Assembly: GCA_015069135.1 (NCBI GenBank)
Contig: SVJE01000001.1
Location: 291,316-355,315 of the forward strand
Length of the DNA stretch: 64,000 nucleotides
From: Oscillospiraceae bacterium
GTDB lineage: Bacteria > Bacillota > Clostridia > UBA1212 > SIG427
Reading direction: 5' to 3'
Shown here: piece after piece, positions 1 to 7,887 of the stretch
Layout of the letters: every line of letters starts with the position of its first letter
Position numbering within the stretch: the first letter of the stretch is position 1
Program-made: the position numbers and the translations under genes
Notes under the pieces: generated by a model
What the model was told of the DNA's origin: nothing
Seen by the model: only the letters and a program-made list of their open reading frames with translations
Database searches by the model: none

Positions 1-421
1 CAGCACCGCAACAGATTCCACCCAGATATCTGTAAAGAGGTTGTTTCAGATAAAGAGCCGCGGTTTTAGCTACGGCAAGTGAAACTGCAATTGTTGCATT
101 GGCACCTAAATTTTGTTTATTTTCTGTACCATCCGCTTCAAGCATTTTATTATCAATACAATTTTGATTGCAGATATCCATACCGGTTATTGCTCTGTTA
201 ATTGTTGTGTTTATATTTTCACAGGCTTTAATTACACCTTTTCCTTTAAATCTTTCTTTTTGGTTATCCCTTAATTCTAATGCTTCAAATTTACCTGTCG
301 AAGCTCCGCTAGGGGCAATTGCACTTTCCCGAAGACCATTATCAAGAACAACGGTTGCTTCTACCGTAGGATTGCCTCTGGAGTCCAGAATTTCTCTGCT
401 GTAAACACCTTTAATTTTCAT
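1..421 (-). CDS. eno: Enolase, N-terminal ~140 aa only. The gene continues past the window start.
   Basis: The reverse-complement of 361..421 translates to [30 protein letters not shown], then [17 protein letters not shown]. This is the canonical enolase N-terminus. The provided + strand ORF 168..404 is antisense noise. Confidence 0.85.
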   Translation of the reverse strand, partial: MKIKGVYSREILDSRGNPTVEATVVLDNGLRESAIAPSGASTGKFEALELRDNQKERFKGKGVIKACENINTTINRAITGMDICNQNCIDNKMLEADGTENKQNLGANATIAVSLAVAKTAALYLKQPLYRYLGGICCGA

Positions 422-470
422 TTCTTTTCCTTCCTTTCATTTTATGATATACTTTTGAAGGTGGTTTTAT

Positions 471-752
471 ATGGATTATTATTTCTTGATTCTCTTAGGT
501 TTAATCAATGTTATAACATTTATAATTTACGGACTTGATAAGAGAAAAGCGAAAAAAAGAAAATATAGATATTCCGAAAGTTTTTTGATTGGACTTGCAG
601 TATTGGGCGGCAGTGTTGGAGCCTTAGTAGCTGTATATACATTCAGACATAAAACAAAACATAAGAAATTTACAATAGGATTACCACTGATTCTTATTAT
701 AGAAACAGCACTACTTACAATTTATTTTGGATATTATTATACAGGAGTTTAA
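471..752 (+). CDS. Small membrane protein, DUF1294-like.
   Basis: 93 aa with two TM segments and a GLDKRKAKKRKYRYSE...FRHKTKHKKF motif typical of DUF1294. GAAGGTGG RBS 8 nt upstream. Confidence 0.6.
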   Translation: MDYYFLILLGLINVITFIIYGLDKRKAKKRKYRYSESFLIGLAVLGGSVGALVAVYTFRHKTKHKKFTIGLPLILIIETALLTIYFGYYYTGV

Positions 753-754
753 TT

Positions 755-1660
755 ATGGCAGTTATACAATGGTTTCCCGGTCACATGGCCAAAGCTAGAA
801 GAATATTAAGTGAAAACCTGTCTGAGGTTGATGTTGTTGTGGAATTGTGCGATGCCAGAATTCCTTTCAGTAGCAGAAATCCTGAAATAGTTAAGGTTAT
901 AGGTAATAAGCCTTCTGTTTTAGTGTTTAACAAAGCTGATTTAGCTGATCCTAAAATGTGTGATTTCTGGAAGAACTATTATAATGATAAAGGAATTCAG
1001 ATTGTTTTTACTGACAGTAAAAAGGGTGATGGTATAAAAAAAGTAACTGAAGCCATCAAAAAAACCATGGCAGAAAAAATAAAAAATCAAGAAGAAAAAG
1101 GTAGACTTAATCCTCATATAAGGGCAATGATTGTAGGTGTTCCAAACGTTGGCAAATCTTCATTTATTAATCGTGTTGCAGGTAAAGCTGTGGCTGTAAC
1201 AGGAGATAAACCCGGTGTTACAAGAAGTAAGCAGTGGCTTAAGATGGGATCTAACATTTATCTTTTGGATACTCCGGGGCTTTTATGGCCTAAAATTGAA
1301 GATCAGAGATGCGGTTATCGTCTTGCGTGTACAGGAGCGATTAAAGATGATATTCTTGACAATACAGATATTGCAGGCTTTTTACTTGAGTTTATGAGAG
1401 AATCATACGTCGATGCTTTGTGTACACGTTTTAAGCTTAATCCAGATGATTTAGAGGATCTTGATAGATTACAGTTGGTTACAATGTGTGGTAAAAAGAG
1501 GGGATGTATCGTTAAGGGAGGAGAAGTAGACTTAGTAAGAGCCGCTACAATTGTTCTTGATGAATTCAGAGGTGGTAAAATGGGTCGGATTTCTTTAGAT
1601 ACACCTGAAGCTTTAGAACCGGATCCAAATACCATTGTGGAGGATGAAAATAATGACTGA
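755..1660 (+). CDS. rbgA: Ribosome biogenesis GTPase A (YlqF/RbgA).
   Basis: Circularly permuted GTPase motifs (VFNKADL, VGVPNVGKSSFIN, DTPG). N-terminus MAVIQWFPGHMAKARR is characteristic of YlqF. Sits next to rnhB as in Bacillus. Confidence 0.85.
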   Translation: MAVIQWFPGHMAKARRILSENLSEVDVVVELCDARIPFSSRNPEIVKVIGNKPSVLVFNKADLADPKMCDFWKNYYNDKGIQIVFTDSKKGDGIKKVTEAIKKTMAEKIKNQEEKGRLNPHIRAMIVGVPNVGKSSFINRVAGKAVAVTGDKPGVTRSKQWLKMGSNIYLLDTPGLLWPKIEDQRCGYRLACTGAIKDDILDNTDIAGFLLEFMRESYVDALCTRFKLNPDDLEDLDRLQLVTMCGKKRGCIVKGGEVDLVRAATIVLDEFRGGKMGRISLDTPEALEPDPNTIVEDENND

Positions 1661-2267
1661 TGAAAAATTTTTTGAACTTCTGAAATATGAAAGAGAATTG
1701 GCTGAAAAAGGTTATAAAATTATTGCAGGTGTTGATGAAGCAGGTAGAGGTCCTTTAGCAGGTCCTGTTGTTGCAGGATGTGTTATTTTCCCTTCAGAAG
1801 GTCCATTCCCTAAAGCAAATGACTCAAAAAAATTAAGTGAAAAGGCAAGAGAAAAGTTATTTGACGAAATTACATCTATGGCTTTAGCTTGGGGTGTTGG
1901 TATAGTTGATAATAATACTATCGATGAAATAAATATTTTAGAAGCAACTCATCTTGCAATGAGAAAAGCCATTGAAGCTTGTGATATTAAACCGGATATT
2001 GCAATGGTTGATCATTTAACTATAAAAGGGTACGAGGGTGAACAATTTCCTTTAACTCATGGGGATGCATTAAGTGTTTCAATTGGTTGTGGATCAATTA
2101 TAGCTAAAGTTACAAGAGACAGAATGATGATTGAATTAGCAAAAGAATATCCCGGTTATGGATTTGAAAAACACAAGGGATATGGTACAAGAGCACACTA
2201 TGATGCAATAAGAGAATTGGGGATTAGTCCAATACACAGAAAAAGTTTTTTAAAGAAAATTCACTAA
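1653..2267 (+). CDS. rnhB: Ribonuclease HII.
   Basis: GVDEAGRGPLAGPVVAGCVIF catalytic motif. Start placed at ATG 1653 (MTDEKFF), 8 nt after GGAGGA. The ORF track begins at a TTG at 1635. Overlaps the rbgA stop by 8 nt. Confidence 0.85.
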   Translation: MTDEKFFELLKYERELAEKGYKIIAGVDEAGRGPLAGPVVAGCVIFPSEGPFPKANDSKKLSEKAREKLFDEITSMALAWGVGIVDNNTIDEINILEATHLAMRKAIEACDIKPDIAMVDHLTIKGYEGEQFPLTHGDALSVSIGCGSIIAKVTRDRMMIELAKEYPGYGFEKHKGYGTRAHYDAIRELGISPIHRKSFLKKIH

Positions 2268-2299
2268 TGTAAATATTTTCACTTTTATGTTAACAAAAT

Positions 2300-2328
2300 T
2301 TGACAAAACTATTTCTACAGTATATAAT
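2300..2328 (+). promoter_or_regulatory. Sigma-A-type promoter TTGACA-N17-TATAAT upstream of the CHAP/dockerin gene.
   Basis: TTGACA at 2300..2305, 17-nt spacer, TATAAT at 2323..2328. AGGAGG RBS at about 2356 before ATG 2370. Confidence 0.5.
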
Positions 2329-2369
2329 TTGTTACAGATTTTGTCAGTGAGTACATAGGAGGAAATTCA

Positions 2370-4619
2370 ATGAAAAAGTTAATTTCATTAGTATTAGCAG
2401 TTGCTATTTTTTCAACTGTTGTTCTTGTTTTACCAACAGTTGCTGCATACGAGAATACACATGCTAATACAGGAAATCAAATTGAGGATTTAATTGCTGT
2501 TGCAACAACTCAGATCGGATACAAAGAGGGTAACAGTAGTTCTCAGTTATCAGGTACCGTTGCCGGTAGTGGTAACTACACAAAATATGGTAAATGGTAC
2601 GGAATTAATCCGGGTGCATGGTGTGCGATGTTTGTAAGTTGGTGCGCAAACCAAGCTGGCATTTCTTCGTCTATTATTCCAAAACATGCCAGCTGTGATG
2701 TTGGTATGAACTACTTTAAAAACCAGGGAACCTGGGGTTGGGGTAAATATTGGGCCAATAACAAAGGTTATACAGTTTATACACCAAAAAGAGGCGACAT
2801 TATTTACTTTGGTAATGGAAATTTAAATGACTCAACTCACGTTGGTATTGTTTATGCCGTTGATAGTACAAAGGTTTATACAATCGAGGGTAATACAAAA
2901 CAAGTGTGTGCTTATAGATCTTATTCATTAAATGATGACTATATCTATGGATATGGTAAGCCTAAATATACAAGCGGAAGTAGTTCTTCGGGTGACCCTG
3001 TTGTTGTAGCTTCCTCAATTAGTCTTTCTAATGCTACATATCCATCGACAATTAATGTTGGTTCATCCTTCAATCTTGAAGGAACAATTACATCAGCAAA
3101 CACTTTGTCTTATGTAAGAGGATCAGTATATAACAGTGCAGGAAATATTGTACTTGATTCAAAAAATTCAACAAGTGCATATTCATATAACATAAACACA
3201 GCGATTGATAGTGCTCTTAAGTTTGGTTCACTTGCTCAGGGTACGTACGTTTATGTAATTGAAGCTGAAGATTCAGCAGGTTTTTATAAAATGCTTTTAA
3301 TGCAACCATTTAAAGTTGGTTCATCTTCACAATCACAGCCTACCTTTACATTTACTGTAACAACAAATGGGGGCACACTTAACGTTCGTTCAGGAGCCGG
3401 TACATCATATAGTGTAATTACAGCATTAGCAAATGGTACTCCCGTTCAGGTATTGAGTCTGAGTGGTAGTTGGGCGTATATAGACTACAATGGTACTAAA
3501 GGTTGGTGTTCTACAAGTTATTTAACAAAGGGAAGTATTTCAGCTACTGAAGTTGATTTTACAGAATCCGCTTTAATTGATATAAATTATTCAAATAAAT
3601 CAGTTGAAGATTCTTACGGAAAACTTACTTTTGCCAGAGATTTAACACCTGTATATGTTACTGATATGTCTAAGTATGGTACTGGTGAAACAGCTCTTAA
3701 TGTTTCAGCAACTGGTAGTACAATGAAATATACAGGTTCACTTACATTGGATACTGATTTTACTATTGAATTATATGGTGTGTTTAATGCAGGTGAAATT
3801 CTTAATGGTAACTACTATCCAATGGAAGTAAATGCAAACGGAACAATTGGAGCTTGGTATTTTCCAGCAGGTGGAAGTTCATATGTTGTTTCTACAACAG
3901 CATATGATCTTAGTAAAGCTCATCATATTATGTTAGTTGGAAATGTAAATAAATTATCTCTGTATGTAGATGGTGTTCTTGCTGCTACAAAAGATTTAAC
4001 ATTAGAATCTACAACTTTTATTGGTGATGCTATTCATATTGGCGGAAATGGCATGGCAGCTTCACATTTAATCAGATTCAGATTATTTAACGCCGCAGCA
4101 ACAGCAGAAGAAGTTGCAAGTGAATACAAGCAATATCAAATTGTAACTACAACTCCTGCACCAACTGCTAAACCTACGGCAGCTCCAACAGCGGTTCCAA
4201 CTAATCTTTTTGTAACTAAAACAAGTTCTGCTTATGAAATTGATGAAACCACAGGTCTTATATCTGGAGTGTCTGAGTTAACAACTGTTGATAACTTCCT
4301 TGCTAATTTTACATATGGTTCAAGTTTAACTGTAAAGAAAAACAGTACTGTAATTTCTGGTTCCAATTATGTTGGCACCGGTTGTATTGTAACTGATGGA
4401 TCAAAATCTTACATACTTGTTCAATATGGAGATATAAACGGAGATGGAAAAATTGCTGCAGCAGATTATATGATGATTAAAAAATCACTCACAGGTTCAG
4501 TTACACTTACTGCTGCTCAAGCAGCAGCGGCAGACTGTGACAATAATGGTGCAGTAGCTGTTACAGACTATATGAAGGTTAAAGCTTACATAAAAGGAAC
4601 TTTCGTATTATACAAATAA
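2370..4619 (+). CDS. Secreted multidomain cell-wall hydrolase: CHAP amidase/peptidase, SH3b, LamG/ConA-like domain, Thr/Pro linker and a C-terminal type-I dockerin.
   Basis: Signal peptide. CHAP Cys motif GAWCAMFVSWCANQAG and His motif THVGIVYAVD. SH3b-like LNVRSGAGTSYSVITALANGTPVQVL...GWCSTSYL. PTAKPTAAPTAVPT linker. Dockerin repeats DINGDGKIAAADYMMIKK and DCDNNGAVAVTDYMKVKAYIKG. Confidence 0.75.
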   Translation: MKKLISLVLAVAIFSTVVLVLPTVAAYENTHANTGNQIEDLIAVATTQIGYKEGNSSSQLSGTVAGSGNYTKYGKWYGINPGAWCAMFVSWCANQAGISSSIIPKHASCDVGMNYFKNQGTWGWGKYWANNKGYTVYTPKRGDIIYFGNGNLNDSTHVGIVYAVDSTKVYTIEGNTKQVCAYRSYSLNDDYIYGYGKPKYTSGSSSSGDPVVVASSISLSNATYPSTINVGSSFNLEGTITSANTLSYVRGSVYNSAGNIVLDSKNSTSAYSYNINTAIDSALKFGSLAQGTYVYVIEAEDSAGFYKMLLMQPFKVGSSSQSQPTFTFTVTTNGGTLNVRSGAGTSYSVITALANGTPVQVLSLSGSWAYIDYNGTKGWCSTSYLTKGSISATEVDFTESALIDINYSNKSVEDSYGKLTFARDLTPVYVTDMSKYGTGETALNVSATGSTMKYTGSLTLDTDFTIELYGVFNAGEILNGNYYPMEVNANGTIGAWYFPAGGSSYVVSTTAYDLSKAHHIMLVGNVNKLSLYVDGVLAATKDLTLESTTFIGDAIHIGGNGMAASHLIRFRLFNAAATAEEVASEYKQYQIVTTTPAPTAKPTAAPTAVPTNLFVTKTSSAYEIDETTGLISGVSELTTVDNFLANFTYGSSLTVKKNSTVISGSNYVGTGCIVTDGSKSYILVQYGDINGDGKIAAADYMMIKKSLTGSVTLTAAQAAAADCDNNGAVAVTDYMKVKAYIKGTFVLYK

Positions 4620-4644
4620 ATACAGGTAATGAAATTTAGTTTGA

Positions 4645-4683
4645 AATCCGGTAATCATTACATTGGTTACCGGATTATTTTTT
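4645..4683 (+). terminator. Rho-independent terminator after the CHAP/dockerin gene.
   Basis: 10-bp stem AATCCGGTAA / TTACCGGATT with a 12-nt loop, followed by TATTTTTTATTT. Confidence 0.6.
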
Positions 4684-4687
4684 ATTT

Positions 4688-5059
4688 ATGAATAAACAAG
4701 AAAAAGGTAAATTGGGAGAAGAACTCACAATAAAAAAATATATAAGAGAAGGGTATAAATTACTGGAAAAAAACTATCGATTTAAAAATATAGGTGAAAT
4801 CGATATTATTTTAAGTAAAAAATATAACAATGAATTAATTATTGTTTTTTGTGAAGTTAAAACCAGAAAATTTAATAAAAATTATATTCCTGCTGAAGCT
4901 GTAACAAAAAATAAGCAGAAGAAAATTATAAATGTAGCTAAATACTATCTTGTTAATCATAATTTATATGAAAAAACGTTGGTAAGATTCGATGTGGCTG
5001 AAGTTATTGAAAATAACAATCATTATTTAATCAATATTATTGAAAATGCTTTCTATTGA
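4688..5059 (+). CDS. YraN-family (UPF0102) endonuclease-like protein.
   Basis: 123 aa. GKLGEELTIKKYIREGYKLLEKNYR...IDIIL...FCEVKTRK matches the YraN/UPF0102 pattern. Confidence 0.65.
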   Translation: MNKQEKGKLGEELTIKKYIREGYKLLEKNYRFKNIGEIDIILSKKYNNELIIVFCEVKTRKFNKNYIPAEAVTKNKQKKIINVAKYYLVNHNLYEKTLVRFDVAEVIENNNHYLINIIENAFY

Positions 5060-5060
5060 C

Positions 5061-5089
5061 TTGAAACATGATAAATTGAATAGTATAAT
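5061..5089 (+). promoter_or_regulatory. Sigma-A-type promoter TTGAAA-N17-TATAAT.
   Basis: TTGAAA at 5061..5066, 17-nt spacer, TATAAT at 5084..5089. GGAGG at 5108..5112 before ATG 5120. Confidence 0.5.
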
Positions 5090-5119
5090 TAGATGATTAC
5101 GAAATTTTGGAGGACAAAT

Positions 5120-6394
5120 ATGCTGTATTGTCAGATGACTCAGGAAGAATTAAAGAGTAAGTTAATTACAGAAAAGAAAATATATGATGAATATAAATCT
5201 AAAAACTATAAACTTGATATGACAAGGGGTAAACCTGCTCCGGATCAGTTACAGCTTTCAATGGATATGTTACATGATAAATATATAGGGGACGGAAAGA
5301 GCAGTACAGGAGTAGATTATAAAAATTACGGTATTGTAGACGGAATCCCGGAAGCAAAGAAATTTTTTGGTGAAATTTTAAATTTGCCTTGTGAACAAAT
5401 TTTTGTAAGTGGTAACTCTAGCTTAAATATTATGCATGATATCCTTGTAAGGTTTATTTTATTAGGTACATCTGAGGACTCAACACCTTGGAAGGACCAA
5501 GGTAAATTAAAATTCTTGTGTCCTGTTCCCGGTTATGACAGACATTTTGCAATAACTGAATTATTTGGATTTGAAATGATTAATATTCCAATATTAGAAG
5601 ATGGTCCTGATATGGATTTAATTGAAAATTTAGTTGCAAATGACAGCTCAATTAAAGGTATGTGGTGTATTCCTAAATACAGTAATCCAACAGGAACAGT
5701 TTTTTCTGATGATGTAATCAGAAGACTTGCATCAATGAAAACAGCTTCAGATGATTTCAGAATCTTTTGTGATGATGCATACACTGTTCATTATTTAAAG
5801 GATGCACCGGCTAAACAGTTGAATCTTATTACTGCTTGTACAGATGCCGGTAATCCTGACAGAGCTTTGATGTTTACATCAACATCAAAAATTACTTTTC
5901 CCGGAGCTGGTATTTCTGCTTTTGCTTCAAGTGTTAAAACGGTAAAATACTTAACAAAGCTTATTAATCTTCAGACAATTGGTTCTGATAAACTAAATCA
6001 GTTAAGACATGTTAACTTCTTAAAAAATTATGATGGTGTTTTAGCTCAGATGAAAAAACATGCTGAACTCTTAAGACCAAAATTCCAAATTTGTCTTGAT
6101 ATCTTTGAAAGAGATATTAAAGAATTCGGAATTCTGGAATGGACAAAGCCTGAAGGTGGTTATTTTATCAGTATTGATACAATGGAAGGTTGTGCTTCAA
6201 GAGTTGTTGAACTTGCTAAAGAATGTGGTGTTGCATTAACACCTGCCGGATCAACATATCCTTATAAAAAAGATCCTGACAATAAAAACATTAGACTTGC
6301 ACCAAGTTTTCCTACAATTGACCAATTAGAAAAGGCTATGGAAATTCTTTGTGTATGTATAAAGATTGCTTCTTTAGAAAAACTTATTAAGTAA
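5120..6394 (+). CDS. PLP-dependent aminotransferase, class I/II fold.
   Basis: LDMTRGKPAPDQLQL N-terminal motif and STSKITFPGAGISAF (Lys of SxSK). Start set at ATG 5120 with a GGAGG RBS. The ORF track starts earlier at 5093. Confidence 0.65.
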   Translation: MLYCQMTQEELKSKLITEKKIYDEYKSKNYKLDMTRGKPAPDQLQLSMDMLHDKYIGDGKSSTGVDYKNYGIVDGIPEAKKFFGEILNLPCEQIFVSGNSSLNIMHDILVRFILLGTSEDSTPWKDQGKLKFLCPVPGYDRHFAITELFGFEMINIPILEDGPDMDLIENLVANDSSIKGMWCIPKYSNPTGTVFSDDVIRRLASMKTASDDFRIFCDDAYTVHYLKDAPAKQLNLITACTDAGNPDRALMFTSTSKITFPGAGISAFASSVKTVKYLTKLINLQTIGSDKLNQLRHVNFLKNYDGVLAQMKKHAELLRPKFQICLDIFERDIKEFGILEWTKPEGGYFISIDTMEGCASRVVELAKECGVALTPAGSTYPYKKDPDNKNIRLAPSFPTIDQLEKAMEILCVCIKIASLEKLIK

Positions 6395-6407
6395 GGAGAG
6401 AATTAGT

Positions 6408-7826
6408 ATGGCAGATAAGAATTTAAATGAAATCCAGTTTAATCCGGTTTCCGCATGGGAGACAATGGATGAAACAAAAACAAAAGATGTTCTTAACTTT
6501 GGTGAAGGTTATATTGACTTCCTTAACCAGGTTCATACAGAACGTCAGTCTGCAGATTTTATTATTACAAAAGCGAAAGAGTCAGGCTATGATGATTTTA
6601 ATGACGTAATTACAGGTAAAATTAAATTTGTTCCCGGTAACAAATATTATTATTGTATTCATGGAAAATCAGTTATATTAGCTGCAACAGGTTCTGAAGA
6701 TCCTGCAAATGGAGTTAATATTGTTGGTTCACATATTGATGCCCCAAGACTTGATTTTAAACCAAATCCATTTTATGAAGATAATGGTTTCGGATATGCA
6801 AAAACACACTATTATGGTGGAATTAAAAAATATCAGTGGACAGCTATCCCTTTAATGCTTAAAGGTGTTGTATTTACAAACGACGGTAAAAAGATTGATA
6901 TATCAATTGGAGATAAACCTGAAGATCCTATGTTTACTATTACTGATTTATTGCCACATTTGGCAGCCGATCAGATGAAAAAGGGTGCTTCTGAGTTTAT
7001 TCCGGCTGAAAATCTTAACATTTTACTTGGTTCAATGCCTTTAAACGATGAGGAAGGAAATGGTTCAATTAAAGCATATATAATAAATTATCTTTATGAA
7101 AAATATGGTATAGTTCAAAGAGATATGGCTACAGCTGAAATCGAAGTAGTTCCTGCATTCAAAGCTTGCTCAATTGGTTTTGATAAGAGTTTTACAGGTG
7201 GCTACGGTCAGGATGACAGAGTTTGTGCCTATGCATCATTAATGGGTATTCTTGATATTAATGAGCCTTTAAAGAAAACCGCAATCTGCTATTTCTCTGA
7301 TAAAGAGGAAGTCGGAAGCATGGGTAATACAGGTGCAAGAAGTGTTGCTTTCAATAATTTTATAGCAGAACTTTGCTATGCATATGATAATAAAGATAGT
7401 GAAATCAGAACAAGAAGGGCATTAGCTTCTTCAAATATGCTCTCTGCAGATGTTTCAGCAGGATTTGATCCTAACTTTGCTGAAGCATTTGATAAGACTA
7501 ATTGTGCATATATTAGCAGAGGCGTTGCCATGGAAAAATACACAGGTTCAAGAGGTAAGTCCGGCGCCAGTGATGCTAATCCTGAGTTTATTGCAAAAGT
7601 TGTAAATATTTTTAACAAAGCAGGTGTTCCATGGCAGATTAGTGAAATGGGACGTATGGACTTAGGTGGAGGTGGAACAATAGCTCAGTTTATGGCTGAC
7701 TTAGGTATTAACATTATAGACTGTGGTGTTCCCGTACTTTCAATGCATGCCCCATTCGAAGTTACTTCAAAAGCCGACCTTTATTGGACATACAAAGCGT
7801 ATTACGAATTTATGATTAATATGTAA
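6408..7826 (+). CDS. M18-family zinc aminopeptidase (aminopeptidase 1-like).
   Basis: 472 aa with metal-ligand regions (GSHIDAP, GQDDRVCAYA, SMHAP). AAGGAGAG RBS before the ATG. Confidence 0.6.
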   Translation: MADKNLNEIQFNPVSAWETMDETKTKDVLNFGEGYIDFLNQVHTERQSADFIITKAKESGYDDFNDVITGKIKFVPGNKYYYCIHGKSVILAATGSEDPANGVNIVGSHIDAPRLDFKPNPFYEDNGFGYAKTHYYGGIKKYQWTAIPLMLKGVVFTNDGKKIDISIGDKPEDPMFTITDLLPHLAADQMKKGASEFIPAENLNILLGSMPLNDEEGNGSIKAYIINYLYEKYGIVQRDMATAEIEVVPAFKACSIGFDKSFTGGYGQDDRVCAYASLMGILDINEPLKKTAICYFSDKEEVGSMGNTGARSVAFNNFIAELCYAYDNKDSEIRTRRALASSNMLSADVSAGFDPNFAEAFDKTNCAYISRGVAMEKYTGSRGKSGASDANPEFIAKVVNIFNKAGVPWQISEMGRMDLGGGGTIAQFMADLGINIIDCGVPVLSMHAPFEVTSKADLYWTYKAYYEFMINM

Positions 7827-7835
7827 TAAAAAATC

Positions 7836-7873
7836 AAAAGACCTGACGCAAAGAAAGAATGTGTCAGGTCTTA
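7836..7873. terminator. Bidirectional rho-independent terminator between convergent genes.
   Basis: Stem AAGACCTGAC / GTCAGGTCTT, flanked by an A-run upstream and a T-rich stretch downstream. Confidence 0.6.
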
Positions 7874-7887
7874 ATTTATGTTAAAAT

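Noticed and set aside
168-404. 78-aa + strand ORF
   Set aside because: It lies antisense within the enolase N-terminal coding region. It has no RBS and a hydrophobic low-complexity translation.
1215-1635. ORFs 1215..1397 (+) and 1315..1635 (-) inside rbgA
   Set aside because: These are alternative-frame and antisense ORFs inside a well-supported GTPase gene.
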